A stretch of 64,000 nucleotides of DNA from an uncultured Actinomycetota bacterium (GTDB lineage Bacteria; Actinomycetota; Actinomycetes; Mycobacteriales; Micromonosporaceae). The position numbers and the translations under genes are program-made. Shown piece by piece: positions 9,240-25,273 of this stretch; position 1 is the first letter of the stretch; every line of letters begins with the position of its first letter. The DNA is taken from assembly GCA_963750055.1 (NCBI GenBank), contig CAVVPI010000011.1:72503-136502 (forward strand), in the 5' to 3' direction. The notes beneath the pieces are model-generated. The model did no database searches and had not been told where the DNA came from. It worked only from the letters and a program-made list of their open reading frames with translations.

Positions 9240-10975
9240 CAGAGGGTTTTGATCCCCGGTCGTCCGTTTCGGCTTGACCGTTTTGTCCCTCGTGGTGGGC
9301 GTCGGTGGTGTCGCGTGTCGCCGCGGGTGCGCCGGGTCTCCTGGTGCCGGGACGGTCTTTCTGTTGGTAGGGCTGTGGTGGTGGGGTCAGGTGGGCTGGG
9401 GTAGCAGGCCGAGGCGTTGCCAGCAAAGCTGGAATGCGTCGGCCCAGGGCCAGGTGTCGGGGATGGACAGGGTTTTCCGGCGGGCGTGGGTGGCGAGTTT
9501 CGCGGGTAGGTGCAGCAGCCGGTAGCGCAGGGTGTCGGGTTCGGCGTGGGCGAGCTCAGGCTGGTCGTAGAGGCCGAGGAGCCGGGTCCAGGTGGCCAAG
9601 TCGGCGGCGATGTTCGCGGCCAGAACCCAACCTTGGTTGACAGCCCAGGATTTGCTGGGCAGGTTCCGCAGGCCCATGGCCTTGTTCGTACGGACTTGGT
9701 CTTCCACCCCGGCGTGCGAGCGGTGCACAACGTCGAGGAACTGCGGGTGGTGCGAGCCGGGCACGCCGTGGATCCGGCTGATGTTGGTGGCGACGATCGC
9801 GTACCGCCAGCCGGTCTTGGTCTCGAAAGCGGTGAGCTTGTTGCGATGCCGGGTGGCGGGTTTGGTGCGTCGCACGACCAGCCGTAGCCCGCGGGTCCAG
9901 GTGCCGAGGCGCTGGTTGAGGCCGGTCAGTTCGGCGACCTGCGCGAGGTCGGTGACGGTGCCGTCCTGGTTCAGGCTGGCGGTCCATGCCTGCTCGGGCA
10001 GGGCGGCGATCGCAGTCTCGTCGACCTCGGTGATTGTCCAGCCGACGGTGAACTTCACGCTGCGCCACAGCCGGTTCATCTGGTCGAGGTGGGCGAGCAG
10101 GTCATGGGTGGCACCGGCCCCGTCGACGCGGACCAGGATCTTGCGCCGGTAGCTGACGGGCAGCTGCGCGATCGCGTCGGCGAGGACCCGAATGTGGTCA
10201 GCGACGGTATTCGAGCCGGCGTTGCCCGGGCGTAGCAGCATGGCCAGGCTCTCCCCGGTGTTCGCGCACCACCCGCCGAGAGGGTGGAACCCGAACCCCT
10301 TCTTGAACGTCGCGGCCGCGCCCTGCTTGGGCGAGTGGGCGGTGATCAGGGTGGCGTCCAGGTCGATGACGACCCACCCGGACAGCAGTTTCCCGGCCAC
10401 CGCCAGCCAGGGAAAACCGGCCGGGCGACGGGCCAGGAGATCCCAGACCCGGGCCCGAACCTTCGCCCGAGCTTTACCGATCCGCCTCAGCGCGGCCCCG
10501 TCGAGACCGGCGAGGGCACGCCGCACCGTCGCTTCCGACGGCGGTCCGCCGAACACGAGAGCCTGATGGGTGAGCAGCCCGATGTCGGACATGCTCGTCG
10601 CGCCGAGCCCGATCGCGACGGCCAGAGACACCAGGACCGTGCCCCGATCCCACCAGCCCGGACCCTTGCCCCGGGGCAGCACCCGGTTCAACCCGCTGGT
10701 CAGACCGGTCCGGTCCGCGCACCTTCGCAGCAACACCGCACCCGCGTGACCGACCAGACCCTTCCCGCCCGAGTCGATGACCAGCCGCTGATCCCACCCG
10801 CTACTCTTACTCACCAGAAAGGTGCACCTTATTCTGCTGTGGACATGACCTAGACACTCATATCCTTGCAGGCCAGGTGCATCTTTCCTTCATCGCCCTC
10901 AATGCATCAATTCACTCTGAACGGTCGAGGCTGGCATACGTATTCCAAAAAGGAGCGGGCAGAGGGAGCTAATCG
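9240..10975 (-). mobile_element. IS1380-family insertion sequence, copy 1 (apparently intact)
   Basis: Contains an intact 475 aa DDE transposase. The ~160 nt leader beyond the ORF (10815-10975) is ~85% identical to the region 16805-16990 of copy 2. Confidence 0.75.
9387..10814 (-). CDS. IS1380-family DDE transposase
   Basis: 475 aa '...HAGAVLLRRCADRTGLTSGL...GFHPLGGWCANTGESLAMLLRPGNAGSNTVADHIRVL...' is typical of IS1380-family transposases. No frame disruption. Confidence 0.8.
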   Translation of the reverse strand: MSKSSGWDQRLVIDSGGKGLVGHAGAVLLRRCADRTGLTSGLNRVLPRGKGPGWWDRGTVLVSLAVAIGLGATSMSDIGLLTHQALVFGGPPSEATVRRALAGLDGAALRRIGKARAKVRARVWDLLARRPAGFPWLAVAGKLLSGWVVIDLDATLITAHSPKQGAAATFKKGFGFHPLGGWCANTGESLAMLLRPGNAGSNTVADHIRVLADAIAQLPVSYRRKILVRVDGAGATHDLLAHLDQMNRLWRSVKFTVGWTITEVDETAIAALPEQAWTASLNQDGTVTDLAQVAELTGLNQRLGTWTRGLRLVVRRTKPATRHRNKLTAFETKTGWRYAIVATNISRIHGVPGSHHPQFLDVVHRSHAGVEDQVRTNKAMGLRNLPSKSWAVNQGWVLAANIAADLATWTRLLGLYDQPELAHAEPDTLRYRLLHLPAKLATHARRKTLSIPDTWPWADAFQLCWQRLGLLPQPT

Positions 10976-11039
10976 CTGCGGTTCTCCTTGGGACTGCGAC
11001 GGCACTCTTTCGGGTGCTCGCTCGTCTCTCACGTCCATC

Positions 11040-16990
<5,951 letters not shown>

Positions 16991-17037
16991 CCGGCAAAAC
17001 GTCGGGTTTTCACATATTTAACAGCAAAAAGCTCGGT

Positions 17038-17524
17038 TCATGCGGGCGTTCGCTGTCGGGTCAGCCCACCGGCGGAGGCCTTCAGATCGCGAGGAAGCGG
17101 GCGACGTATCGACGCTGCCATGGGGTCTCGACCGCGCGAGCGTGGTATGGCTGTCCGCACGAAGGCCACCGCGTGCTGGTCCGACACGCCGTACAGCACG
17201 GCGACCCAGGCCAGCGCGGCGCCGGTCCTGCCCCGACCGCCGCCACTGGCGACTTCCACCCGTTCTGTCTCGGCCCGGTGCCAGGCTTCACGCAGCGCCT
17301 CCCGCGCATCGGGGGCGGTCCTTGGGCAACCAGAAGTCCGGCCAGCGCACCCAACGCGCTGCCCAGGCGACCGGGGTCGGCTCTGCGCCCAACAGGTACA
17401 CGGCGAAGTCCGGGGTGGGGCCCTCCGGCAAGGGGCGGCGGAGCCCACGTCCGCGCAACAGCCGACCGGACGGCAACCGCAGCACCCCGGGAGCCGCCGG
17501 GTCCCATCCCTCACTCATGATCAA
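17038..17524 (-). CDS. hypothetical protein (weak call)
   Basis: 'MSEGWDPAAPGVLRLPSGRLLRGRGLRRPLPEGPTPDFAVYLLGAEPTPVAWAARWVRWPDFWLPKDRPRC...' joins two minus frames. No family recognised. Could be a pseudogene remnant. Confidence 0.2.
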
Positions 17525-17841
17525 TATCTTACGGAAACCGCCGCGACACTCCTACCTTGCCGCGTGCCAAGGTGAGAGGTTGAGCTTCGGATAGCGCAGA
17601 GCCATACCGGCCAGCGTTTCCGGCGCCCAGTAGGGATGTCCTGGCGGCGGAAACCCAAAGGCCTGGAGCTGACGCGGAGTCGCCCCGCCGACAAACTACG
17701 CCCCACTCGCTCGTGGAACCCTGTGCCCCCCCACCTCCCCCCTCGCCCCCACTGCAGACTGGACGGCCGGAAGCCCAGGTGCATGCTGCACCGCGCACCA
17801 TTAAATGCGGTCAGCTGGGTTCCCCGATGGAACGTTCCGGG

Positions 17842-18469
17842 CTAGAAGGCGATGACTGTTCCGGCGGGGCCCGCGCCGGAAACCTCCGCTTCATAGAGCT
17901 CCGGACGGCCACTGGCGTCGGCGTACCGCCAGGAGCTCTCCTGGCGCGAGCGCAGAAACCAGTTGGGTACGGCCGGGAGGTCGGCGGTGTGCTTGCGGGA
18001 GACCAGATGCGGCGGGCCCAGCGCCTCAGGGACGTCGTTGAGGAACACGAACATCTCGACTTGCCGGCAACCTGGCGTCGTGCTGGGCACGAGCAAAGTG
18101 TGATTGGAGGTAGTCGCGGTGCATGTCCTGGTCGTAGTCGCAGGCGCCGGTGTACTTGGCCCAGGCTTCAGCTGCATAGATGTGGATGTCGTCGTCGTTC
18201 AGAAGCGCCTCGGCGAGCGCCAGGATGCGATGGTGGACCGCCAGCAGGCTGATTTCGGTGCTGGCGAACGGGAAGGTGTCGATCCCGGCGAACTCGTCGC
18301 CGATGAAACGCTCACGGCGCGGATCGGTGCCGTCGTGGAAACCCTCGGCGGACGGGAACAGCAGGTCCAGCTCGTTCACCGCCGATTCCAGCTCCTCGGC
18401 GGGGATGAACCCTGGAAGGATCACGAAACCGTCGGCCTGCCAGACCCCTGCCGCATCTTTCAGATCCAT
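17842..18469 (-). CDS. phytanoyl-CoA dioxygenase (PhyH) family protein, one apparent frameshift
   Basis: 'MDLKDAAGVWQADGFVILPGFIPAEELESAVNELDLLFPSAEGF...' plus a C-terminal piece in another frame 'VEMFVFLNDVPEALGPPHLVSRKHTADLPAVPNWFLRSRQESSWRYADASGRPELYEAEVSGAGPAGTVIAF'. These are characteristic PhyH-family segments. Confidence 0.5.
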
Positions 18470-18552
18470 CGGGCCAGGATCGACGAGGTGCGATCCCGCA
18501 GCAACCGCTTTTCCGCGAGCCAGGACCAATCCTCAGCGCGGCGGCCCCCAAA

Positions 18553-18606
18553 GCCCTGTTGATCATGAGGTTATCGTCGATGAGAGCGCTCTCATCGACG
18601 ATAACC
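18553..18606. repeat. perfect 54-bp palindrome, family copy 2
   Basis: gatcatgaggttatcgtcgatgagagc|gctctcatcgacgataacctcatgatc is exactly self-complementary. It shares the 15-nt termini and 12-nt centre with the 2713 copy; the inner arms differ by compensatory changes. It lies just 3' of the thiolase gene. Confidence 0.9.
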
Positions 18607-18676
18607 TCATGATCAACGCGAACAGGGGGTGGGGTAACGCGAACAGGGGGCGGGGGAGGGCTCGCGGGGTTGGTCA

Positions 18677-19974
18677 GCGGTCGAGGATGGCGACGACGCC
18701 CTGGCCGCCGGCGGCGCAGATGGAGATCAGCCCGCGCCCGGCGCCCCGTCTCGGCGAGCAGCTTGGCCAGGGTGGCCACGATGCGGCCGCCGGTGGCGGC
18801 GAACGGGTGCCCGGCGGCCAGCGACGAGCCGTTGACGTTGAGCTTGGCCCGGTCGATCGAGCCGAGCGGCGCGTCCAGGCCCAGCTCGCTCCGGCAGAAC
18901 TCCGGCGACTCCCAGGCGGCCAGGGTGGCCAGCACCTGCGAGGCGAACGCCTCGTGGATCTCGTAGAAGTCGAAGTCCCGCAGCGTCAGCCCGGCGCGGG
19001 CCAGCAGCCGCGGCACCGCGTACGCCGGGGCCATCAGCAGCCCCTCGTCGCCGTGTACGAAGTCGACGGCGGCGGTCTCGGCGTCGCGAGAACCAGGCCA
19101 GCACCGGCAGGTGGTGCGCCGCGGCCCACTCCTCGGAGGCGAGCAGCACCGTCGACGCGCCGTCGGTGAGCGGGGAGGAGTTGCCGGCGGTCATGGTGGC
19201 CTGCGCGGCGTCCGCGGCCCGGGTGCCGAAGACCGGCTTGAGCTTGCCGAGCTTCTCCAGGGTGGTGTCGGCCCGCAGGTTCTCGTCCCGGGTCAGACCC
19301 GAGGTAGGGGGTGACCAGGTCGTCGAAGAACCCACGCTCGTACGCGGCGGCGAGCCGCTGGTGCGAGTCGAGCGCCAGCGCGTCCTGGGCCGCGCCGCTC
19401 GATGTCCCAGCGCCGCGCGGTGATCGCCGCGTGCTCGCCCATGGACAGCCCGGTACGCGGTTCGGCGTTGCGCGGGATCTCGGGCTCGAACGGCTGGGTC
19501 GGGCGCAGCGCGGGCCGCTGCCCGCAGCCGAGCACCGAGGGTCCGGGCCGCGTTGAGCTCGCAGCAGGGTACGCCGCAGCTCCTCGTTGACCGCCAGCGG
19601 CGCGTCGGAGGTGGTGTCCGACGCCGCCGGCGATGCCGACGTCGATCTGCCCGAGGGCGATCTTGTTGGCGACCAGGATGGCGGCCTCCAGGCCGGTGCC
19701 GCAGGCCTGCTGGAGGTCGTACGCCGGGGGTGTGCGGGTCCAGCCGGGAGCCGAGCACCACCTCGCGGGTGAGGTTGAAGTCGCGGGAGTGTTTGAGCAC
19801 CGCGCCGGCGACCACCTCGCCGAGCCGCTGGCCGGCCAGGCCGAACCGGGCGACCAGCCCGTCCAGGGCGGCGGTGAGCAGGTCCTGGTTGGACGCGTTG
19901 GCGTACCGGCCGTTGGACCGGGCGAACGGGATCCGGTTGCCTCCGAGCACCGCGACGCGACGTACGGTTTCCAC
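18677..19974 (-). CDS. fadA2: acetyl-CoA acetyltransferase (thiolase), FadA2-like; >=3 apparent frameshifts
   Basis: N-terminus 'METVRRVAVLGGNRIPFARSNGRYANASNQDLLTAALDGLVARFGLAGQRLGEVVAGAVLKHSRDFNLTREVVLGSRLDPHTP' closely resembles the remembered M. tuberculosis FadA2 (Rv0243). Middle pieces 'AYDLQQACGTGLEAAILVANKIALGQIDVGIAGGV' and 'DTTSDAPLAVNEELRRTLL' lie in other frames. C-terminus '...NVNGSSLAAGHPFAATGGRIVATLAKLLAETG' then 'GLISICAAGGQGVVAILDR*' after a further shift. Confidence 0.75.
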
Positions 19975-20030
19975 GACTCCGCCTCCACAACAAGGGTTGC
20001 GACTAACCTACTGCCGAGTAGGCTACGCCC

Positions 20031-21409
20031 ATGAGTGACAGGTATGCGAGCTTCGCCCACACCGGAGCCGGTCGGGCGCTGGTCAAGCGCCTCGGCCTGC
20101 CCGACCCGCCCCGACTGCGCCGGCACCGGCCGGGTGATCCGCTGCTCCCCGGCCCGGTCCTGCTCGGCGCCGCCCCCGGCGGGCGGCTGCGCGAGCCGGT
20201 CGCCGACGCTGCTCACCGCGGCCGGCATCGAGCTACGCGACCCGGACACGGCATCGACCGCCCCGGCGCCCGACGAACGCCGGGCGGCCGCCGCTGAACG
20301 CCGCGCTGGTGTACGACGCCACCGGCATCACCGACTCGACCGGGCTGCGCGCGCTCTACGACTTCTTCCACCCGCTGGCCCGGACGCTCTACCCCGTCCG
20401 GCCGGGTGATCGTGCTCGGCACCCCGCCCGAGGCCGCCGCGAACCCGCGGGAAGCCACCGCCCAGCGCGCCCTGGAGGGGCTGACCCGCAGCATCGGCAA
20501 GGAGTTCGGCCGGGGCAGCACCGCCCAGCTCGTCCAGGTCGCCCCCGGCGCCGAGCAGGCGACCGAATCAACCCTGCGCTTCCTGCTCTCCGGCCGGTCC
20601 GCGTACGTCTCCGGTCAGGTGATCACGCATCGGACCCGGCACGGCCGAGCCGCCCGCCGACTGGGCCCGCCCGCTGGACGGCAGGGTCGCCCTGGTCACC
20701 GGGGCGGCCCGGGGGATCGGCGCGGCGATCGCGCGAGGTGCTGGCCCGCGACGGCGCGCACGTGGTGGCGCCTGGACGTACCGGCCGCCGGCGACGCGCT
20801 CGCCGCGGTGGCCAACGAGATCGGCGGTACGGCGGTGCAGCTCGACCTGACCGCCGACGACGCGCCGCAGCGGCTCGCCGATCACCTCGCCGCCCGGCAC
20901 GGACGCGTCGACGTGGTCGTCCACAACGCCGGCATCACCCGGGACAAGACGCTGGCCCGGATGAACGCCGACCAGTGGGACTCGGTGCTGGAGGTGAACC
21001 TCTCCAGCCAGGAGCGGATCAACGACGTACTGCTGGACCGGGACCTGATCCCGCGCGGCGGGCGACTGATCGGCGTCTCCTCGATCGCCGGCATCGCCGG
21101 CAACCGGGGGCAGACCAACTACGCCACCTCGAAGGCCGGGGTGATCGGGCTGGTCCAGCTCGATGGCCCCGGTGCTCGCCGAACGTGGCATCACCATCAA
21201 CGCCGTCGCCCCCGGCTTCATCGAGACCAGGATGACGGCGAAGATGCCGATGCTGCTGCGCGAGGCGGGGCGGCGGATGAACAGCATGGCCCAGGGCGGG
21301 CTCCCGGTCGACGTGGCCGAGACCATCGCCTGGTACGCCTCACCGGCCTCCGGCGGGGTCACCGGCAATGTGGTCCGGGTCTGCGGCCAGAGCCTGCTGG
21401 GGGCGTGAT
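20031..21409 (+). CDS. fabG4: high-molecular-weight 3-oxoacyl-ACP reductase FabG4-like (two-domain SDR); ~3 apparent frameshifts
   Basis: Strong similarity along the full length to the remembered M. tuberculosis FabG4 (Rv0242c). Matching segments include '[24 protein letters not shown]', '[20 protein letters not shown]', '[24 protein letters not shown]', '[18 protein letters not shown]', '[26 protein letters not shown]', '[26 protein letters not shown]' and '[15 protein letters not shown]...[14 protein letters not shown]'. Example of a disruption: 20745 reads 'gcgcgaggtg' where 'gccgaggtg' (AEV) is expected. Confidence 0.8.
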
Positions 21410-22293
21410 GTCCGTCGAACCAATGTCCGGAGCGCTCGGTGGCATCGTGGAGCTGCCGCGGATCCCGGCCACCGGGCCGCTCTACCGCCGGGCCGTCCTC
21501 GGGCTGGTGCCCGGCTCCGGGCCGGTCCCGGCGGGCCGGTTCGCTGCCCGACAGCGAACTGGTGGTGCGTGGGGTCACCGTCGACCGCGACCACCTGGCG
21601 GCGTACAACCGGGTGTGCGGATTCCGGCTGCGGAACGCCCTGCCCGCCACCTACCCGCACATCGTGGCGTTTCCGCTGGCGCTGCGGCTGATGACCGCGC
21701 CGGAGTTCCCCTTCCCGCTGGTCGGCCTGGTGCACCTGGCCAACCGGATCACGGTCCACCGGCCGATCGACGCGGGCGAGCCGCTCGACCTGGCGGTCCG
21801 CGCCGTTGACCTGCGCCCGCACGACCGGGGTCGGCAACTCGACCTGGTGGCCACCGCCTCGGTCGACGGGGAACCGGTGTGGCGCGGCGTCTCGACGTAC
21901 CTGCGCCGGGAGCGGCCGTCGGGCGGCGGCGAGCGGCGCGACCCGGACGACCGGCCACCGCCGCCGGCCGGGTCCGCCCGCTGGCGGGTCGAGCCCCGGG
22001 TCGGTACGGGGTACGCCCGGGTTTCCGGTGACCGGAATCCGATCCACACTTCGCGGGTGGGCGCCCGGCTGCTCGGTTTCCGTCGGCCGATCGCGCACGG
22101 GATGTGGAGCAAGGCGCGCTGCCTGGCCGCGTTGGACGGGCGGCTGCCCGATGCGTACACCGCCGACGTCACCTTCAAGCTGCCCATCGCGCTGCCCAGC
22201 GTGGTTTCCTTCAGCACCAGCTCAACCGGCTCGAGTTTCGACCTGTCCGACGAGCGTTCCGGCAAGCCTCACCTGGTCGGTTCGGTGCGTTGA
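21408..22293 (+). CDS. htdX: MaoC-like (R)-specific enoyl-CoA hydratase / dehydratase, HtdX-like; one apparent frameshift near 21540
   Basis: ATGA overlap with the fabG4 stop. It contains hot-dog fold segments ('...VHLANRITVHRPIDAGEPLDLAVRAVDLRPHDRGRQLDLVATASVDGEPVWRGVSTYLRRE' and 'ARVSGDRNPIHTSRVGARLLGFRRPIAHGMWSKA'). Gene order fabG4-htdX matches the M. tuberculosis Rv0242c-Rv0241c operon. Confidence 0.7.
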
Positions 22294-22563
22294 CAGCGGG
22301 GGCCGGCCAGACCGGCGGCAGCGGCGCCGGCACCGTTCATCGAGCGGACGTTCGGGCCGGACGGCTTCGGTGATCGCCGCCAGCACCCGGGTATCCTCCC
22401 GGTTCAGGCAGGCGACAAAGACTTCTTCCTCTGTGCCCAGATCGGCATGAACCATCGGTTTGGAGATGCCGGCGTCGTCCGCGATCTCGTCCAGGCTGGC
22501 AACATGAAACCTGCGTTGGGAAAACACCTTGACCGCGGCGTCGAGCAGCTGTTGCTCGCGCAC
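22267..22563 (-). CDS. TetR-family transcriptional regulator (N-terminal HTH intact; C-terminal ligand domain apparently truncated or frameshifted)
   Basis: 'MREQQLLDAAVKVFSQRRFHVASLDEIADDAGISKPMVHADLGTEEEVFVACLNRED' is a typical TetR HTH. The frame breaks near 22380, and the 3' region collides with the htdX 3' end. Confidence 0.5.
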
Positions 22564-22675
22564 GGCCCGAGGGTTACCGCTGAAAAGTGGGCATTGTTGA
22601 CAACCTTGCCAGCTTATCTACCCGTACGTAAGGTTACGCGTTAGTAACTAGCGCCCGTCCGGAAAGGCCCCCCGC

Positions 22676-23128
22676 ATGACTGACTTCGATCCAGCCAGCT
22701 TCGCCTCGGCCGACTCGCAACAGCTCGCCCAGTTGGTCAAGTCCACCCCGGACAAGAAACTCGCCGAGGTGATGCGGGGCGACCTCCGGGGCAAGATCCT
22801 CGGCGAGGTGTTCGGACGGATGCCCTCGCTGTTCCGGGCCGACCGCGCCGGCTCGACCAACGCGGTTGTCCACTGGACCATCACCGGCCGGCCGGACGGG
22901 GGCGCGGACACCTACGAAGTGGTGATCGAAAACGGCACCTGCCAGGTCACGGAGACTCCCGCCCGCGATCCGAAGCTCGCCCTGACCGTGGGCCCGGTCG
23001 AATTCCTGAAGATCGTCTCCGGTGGCGGTAACCCGGTCATGATGTTCATGACCGGCAAGCTGAAGGCCAAGGGCGATCTCGCGCTCGCCGCCAACGTGGC
23101 GAACTTCTTCGACCGCCCCAAGGTCTGA
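22676..23128 (+). CDS. SCP2 sterol-binding domain-containing protein
   Basis: 150 aa, intact. '...TGRPDGGADTYEVVIENGTCQVTE...GGNPVMMFMTGKLKAKGDLALAANVANFF' is typical SCP2/MDMPI_C-like lipid-carrier sequence. Divergent from the TetR gene. Confidence 0.7.
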   Translation: MTDFDPASFASADSQQLAQLVKSTPDKKLAEVMRGDLRGKILGEVFGRMPSLFRADRAGSTNAVVHWTITGRPDGGADTYEVVIENGTCQVTETPARDPKLALTVGPVEFLKIVSGGGNPVMMFMTGKLKAKGDLALAANVANFFDRPKV

Positions 23129-23129
23129 C

Positions 23130-24344
23130 ATGACGGAGTTCTCGCTTGACCTGACCGAGGAACAGCGGGACCTGCGCGACTGGGTACACGGCTTCGCCGA
23201 AGGCGTGGTGCGCCCCGCCGCCGCCGAGTGGGACGCCCGCGAGGAGACGCCCTGGCCGATCATCCAGGAAGCGGCCAAGGTCGGCCTCTACGGCTTCGAG
23301 TTCCTGGCCAACTGCTGGGCGGACCCGAGCGGGCTTTCACTGTCGATCGCCAACGAGGAGCTTTTCTGGGGGGACGCCGGCATCGGCCTGGCCATCTTCG
23401 GCACCTCCCTGGCGGTGGCCGCCATCTACGGCACCGGAACGCCGGAACAGTTGGTCGAGTGGGTCCCGCAGTGCTTCGGCGCCGTCGACCAACCGGTGGT
23501 CGCGGCGTTCTGCAGCACCGAGCCGGCGGCCGGCTCCGACGTGAGCGCCATCCGGACCCGGGCCAGCTACGACGCCGCCGCCGACGAGTGGGTGCTCAAC
23601 GGCCAGAAGGCGTACGCGACCAACGGCGGGATCGCCGACGTACACGTGGTCACCGCCTCGGTGGACCCGGCGCTCGGCTCACGCGGGCAGGCGGCGTTCG
23701 TGGTGCCGCCCGGCACCCCCGGCCTGGTCGGGAGCCGGAAGCTCAAGAAACTCGGCCTGCGGGCCTCGCACACCGCGGACGTCTTCCTCGACGAGGTACG
23801 GGTGCCGGGCCGCTGTCTGCTCGGCGGGAAGGACCGGCTGGACGAACGGCTGGACCGGGCCCGCAGCGGGCAACGCGCCGCCAGCCAGGCCGCCATGCGC
23901 ACCTTCGAACTGTCCCGACCCACCGTCGGCGCCCAGGCCGTCGGGGTCGCCCGCGCCGCCTACGAGTACGCCCTGGCGTACGCCAAGGACCGGGTCCAGT
24001 TCGGCCGGCCGATCATCGAAAACCAGGCGATCGCCTTCGCGCTGGCCGACATGAAAATGGAGATCGACGCCGCCCGGCTGCTGGTCTGGCGGGCCTCCTG
24101 GATGGGGCGTAACAACCGGCCGTTCCTGGCCGGCGAAGGCTCGATGTCCAAGCTCAAGGCCGGCGAGGTGGCCGTGTCGGTCACCGAGAAGGCGGTGCAG
24201 ATCCTCGGCGGGGCCGGCTTCCTGCGCGACCACCCGGTCGAACGCTGGTACCGGGACGCCAAGATCTACACCATTTTCGAGGGTACGTCGGAGATCCAAC
24301 GCCTGGTCATCGCCCGGGCCATCTCCGGCGCACAACTCCGCTGA
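23130..24344 (+). CDS. acyl-CoA dehydrogenase
   Basis: 404 aa, intact. N/M/C ACAD domains ('...ELFWGDAGIGLAIFGTSLAVAAIYGTGTPEQ', 'YATNGGIADVHVVTASVD', 'QILGGAGFLRDHPVERWYRDAKIYTIFEGTSEIQRLVIARAI'). 2-nt gap after the SCP2 gene. Confidence 0.85.
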   Translation: MTEFSLDLTEEQRDLRDWVHGFAEGVVRPAAAEWDAREETPWPIIQEAAKVGLYGFEFLANCWADPSGLSLSIANEELFWGDAGIGLAIFGTSLAVAAIYGTGTPEQLVEWVPQCFGAVDQPVVAAFCSTEPAAGSDVSAIRTRASYDAAADEWVLNGQKAYATNGGIADVHVVTASVDPALGSRGQAAFVVPPGTPGLVGSRKLKKLGLRASHTADVFLDEVRVPGRCLLGGKDRLDERLDRARSGQRAASQAAMRTFELSRPTVGAQAVGVARAAYEYALAYAKDRVQFGRPIIENQAIAFALADMKMEIDAARLLVWRASWMGRNNRPFLAGEGSMSKLKAGEVAVSVTEKAVQILGGAGFLRDHPVERWYRDAKIYTIFEGTSEIQRLVIARAISGAQLR

Positions 24345-24691
24345 CGGTGCCAGGCGGGTCCCTTCCGATGCGGAAGGTCCCCGCCGCGCACTGAGCAGTT
24401 CAACCGCCCTGGCCGTCGTGCCATGGGAACTAGGGATATAACGTCAACCCTGGAGAGCGACCGATCGCGACGAGCTGGTCGACGGTGAGCAGTAGTTCGT
24501 TCGAGGTCCGGGGCAAGGTGGAACCACCAAGTCCGTAGCCGGGAGTGACGCCGGTGAGGTTCAACCAGACCGCAGTATCGTCCGGGCGACGCACCAGGAT
24601 CGAGATCTGTTCGGCTCCGCTCTCGTCGTCAAGCTGGTTCGCGGTAACAACCGCGCCGTCCGGGTAGTCGGTACGCGTACATTCGCGTTCG

Positions 24692-25270
24692 TCATCGGTC
24701 GCCGGACAATGACCAATCGTCGTCCACCCCGGTCGGCATGACTCTGATCACCAGCATTCGGAACTCATCGCCGCGCTCGATCCGGGCCATGAGGTCGTAG
24801 CGGCGGTAACTCGGGTGGTACGCGAATTGCGGATCGGTACATCCGGGCTGCACCGGCTCGACCCGTACCCCCGTCGGCAGGGTAGCCCGCAGCGCCTCCC
24901 GCAGGGCCGAGGTGAGCCGTGGCACGGCCCGCGTCGGCGGCTCTGTCGGACGCTCGCGCGTGGTGTCGTACGACTGCATCGGTGGCCACGGCGTACCCGG
25001 GCCCGGGCGCTGCGTCAATGGCGCGCAGAGCTCTACGGGTGGAGCCGTCAGCGGTTCCACGATCGGCACCGGGATGCCCTTGGATCCTGCGCCGCCCAAC
25101 ACCGCCGGTATGACCAGGATCCCGGCGAGCGCGACGCCGATGCCGGTAACCGACGCCGTCCAGTTCCTGCGCGAGCGACGCTGTTCCTTCGCGATCAGCG
25201 TGTTCATTTCAATCCGGGTAGGCGGTGGCGCAGCAGTGGCCGCGCGCATCAGGTCCGATAGCTCATCCAT
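24692..25270 (-). CDS. putative anti-sigma factor / membrane protein, downstream of the ECF sigma gene
   Basis: 192 aa. One TM segment 'VTGIGVALAGILVIPAVLGGAG' after an N-terminal cytoplasmic segment. Start is 4 nt after the sigma gene stop. Position-based call only. Confidence 0.35.
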   Translation of the reverse strand: MDELSDLMRAATAAPPPTRIEMNTLIAKEQRRSRRNWTASVTGIGVALAGILVIPAVLGGAGSKGIPVPIVEPLTAPPVELCAPLTQRPGPGTPWPPMQSYDTTRERPTEPPTRAVPRLTSALREALRATLPTGVRVEPVQPGCTDPQFAYHPSYRRYDLMARIERGDEFRMLVIRVMPTGVDDDWSLSGDR

Positions 25271-25273
25271 TGC

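Noticed and set aside
22104-22450. Plus-strand ORFs 21806-22450 and 22104-22373 overlapping the htdX 3' end and the TetR gene
   Set aside because: Arg/Ser/Gly-rich alternative frames with no conserved motifs.
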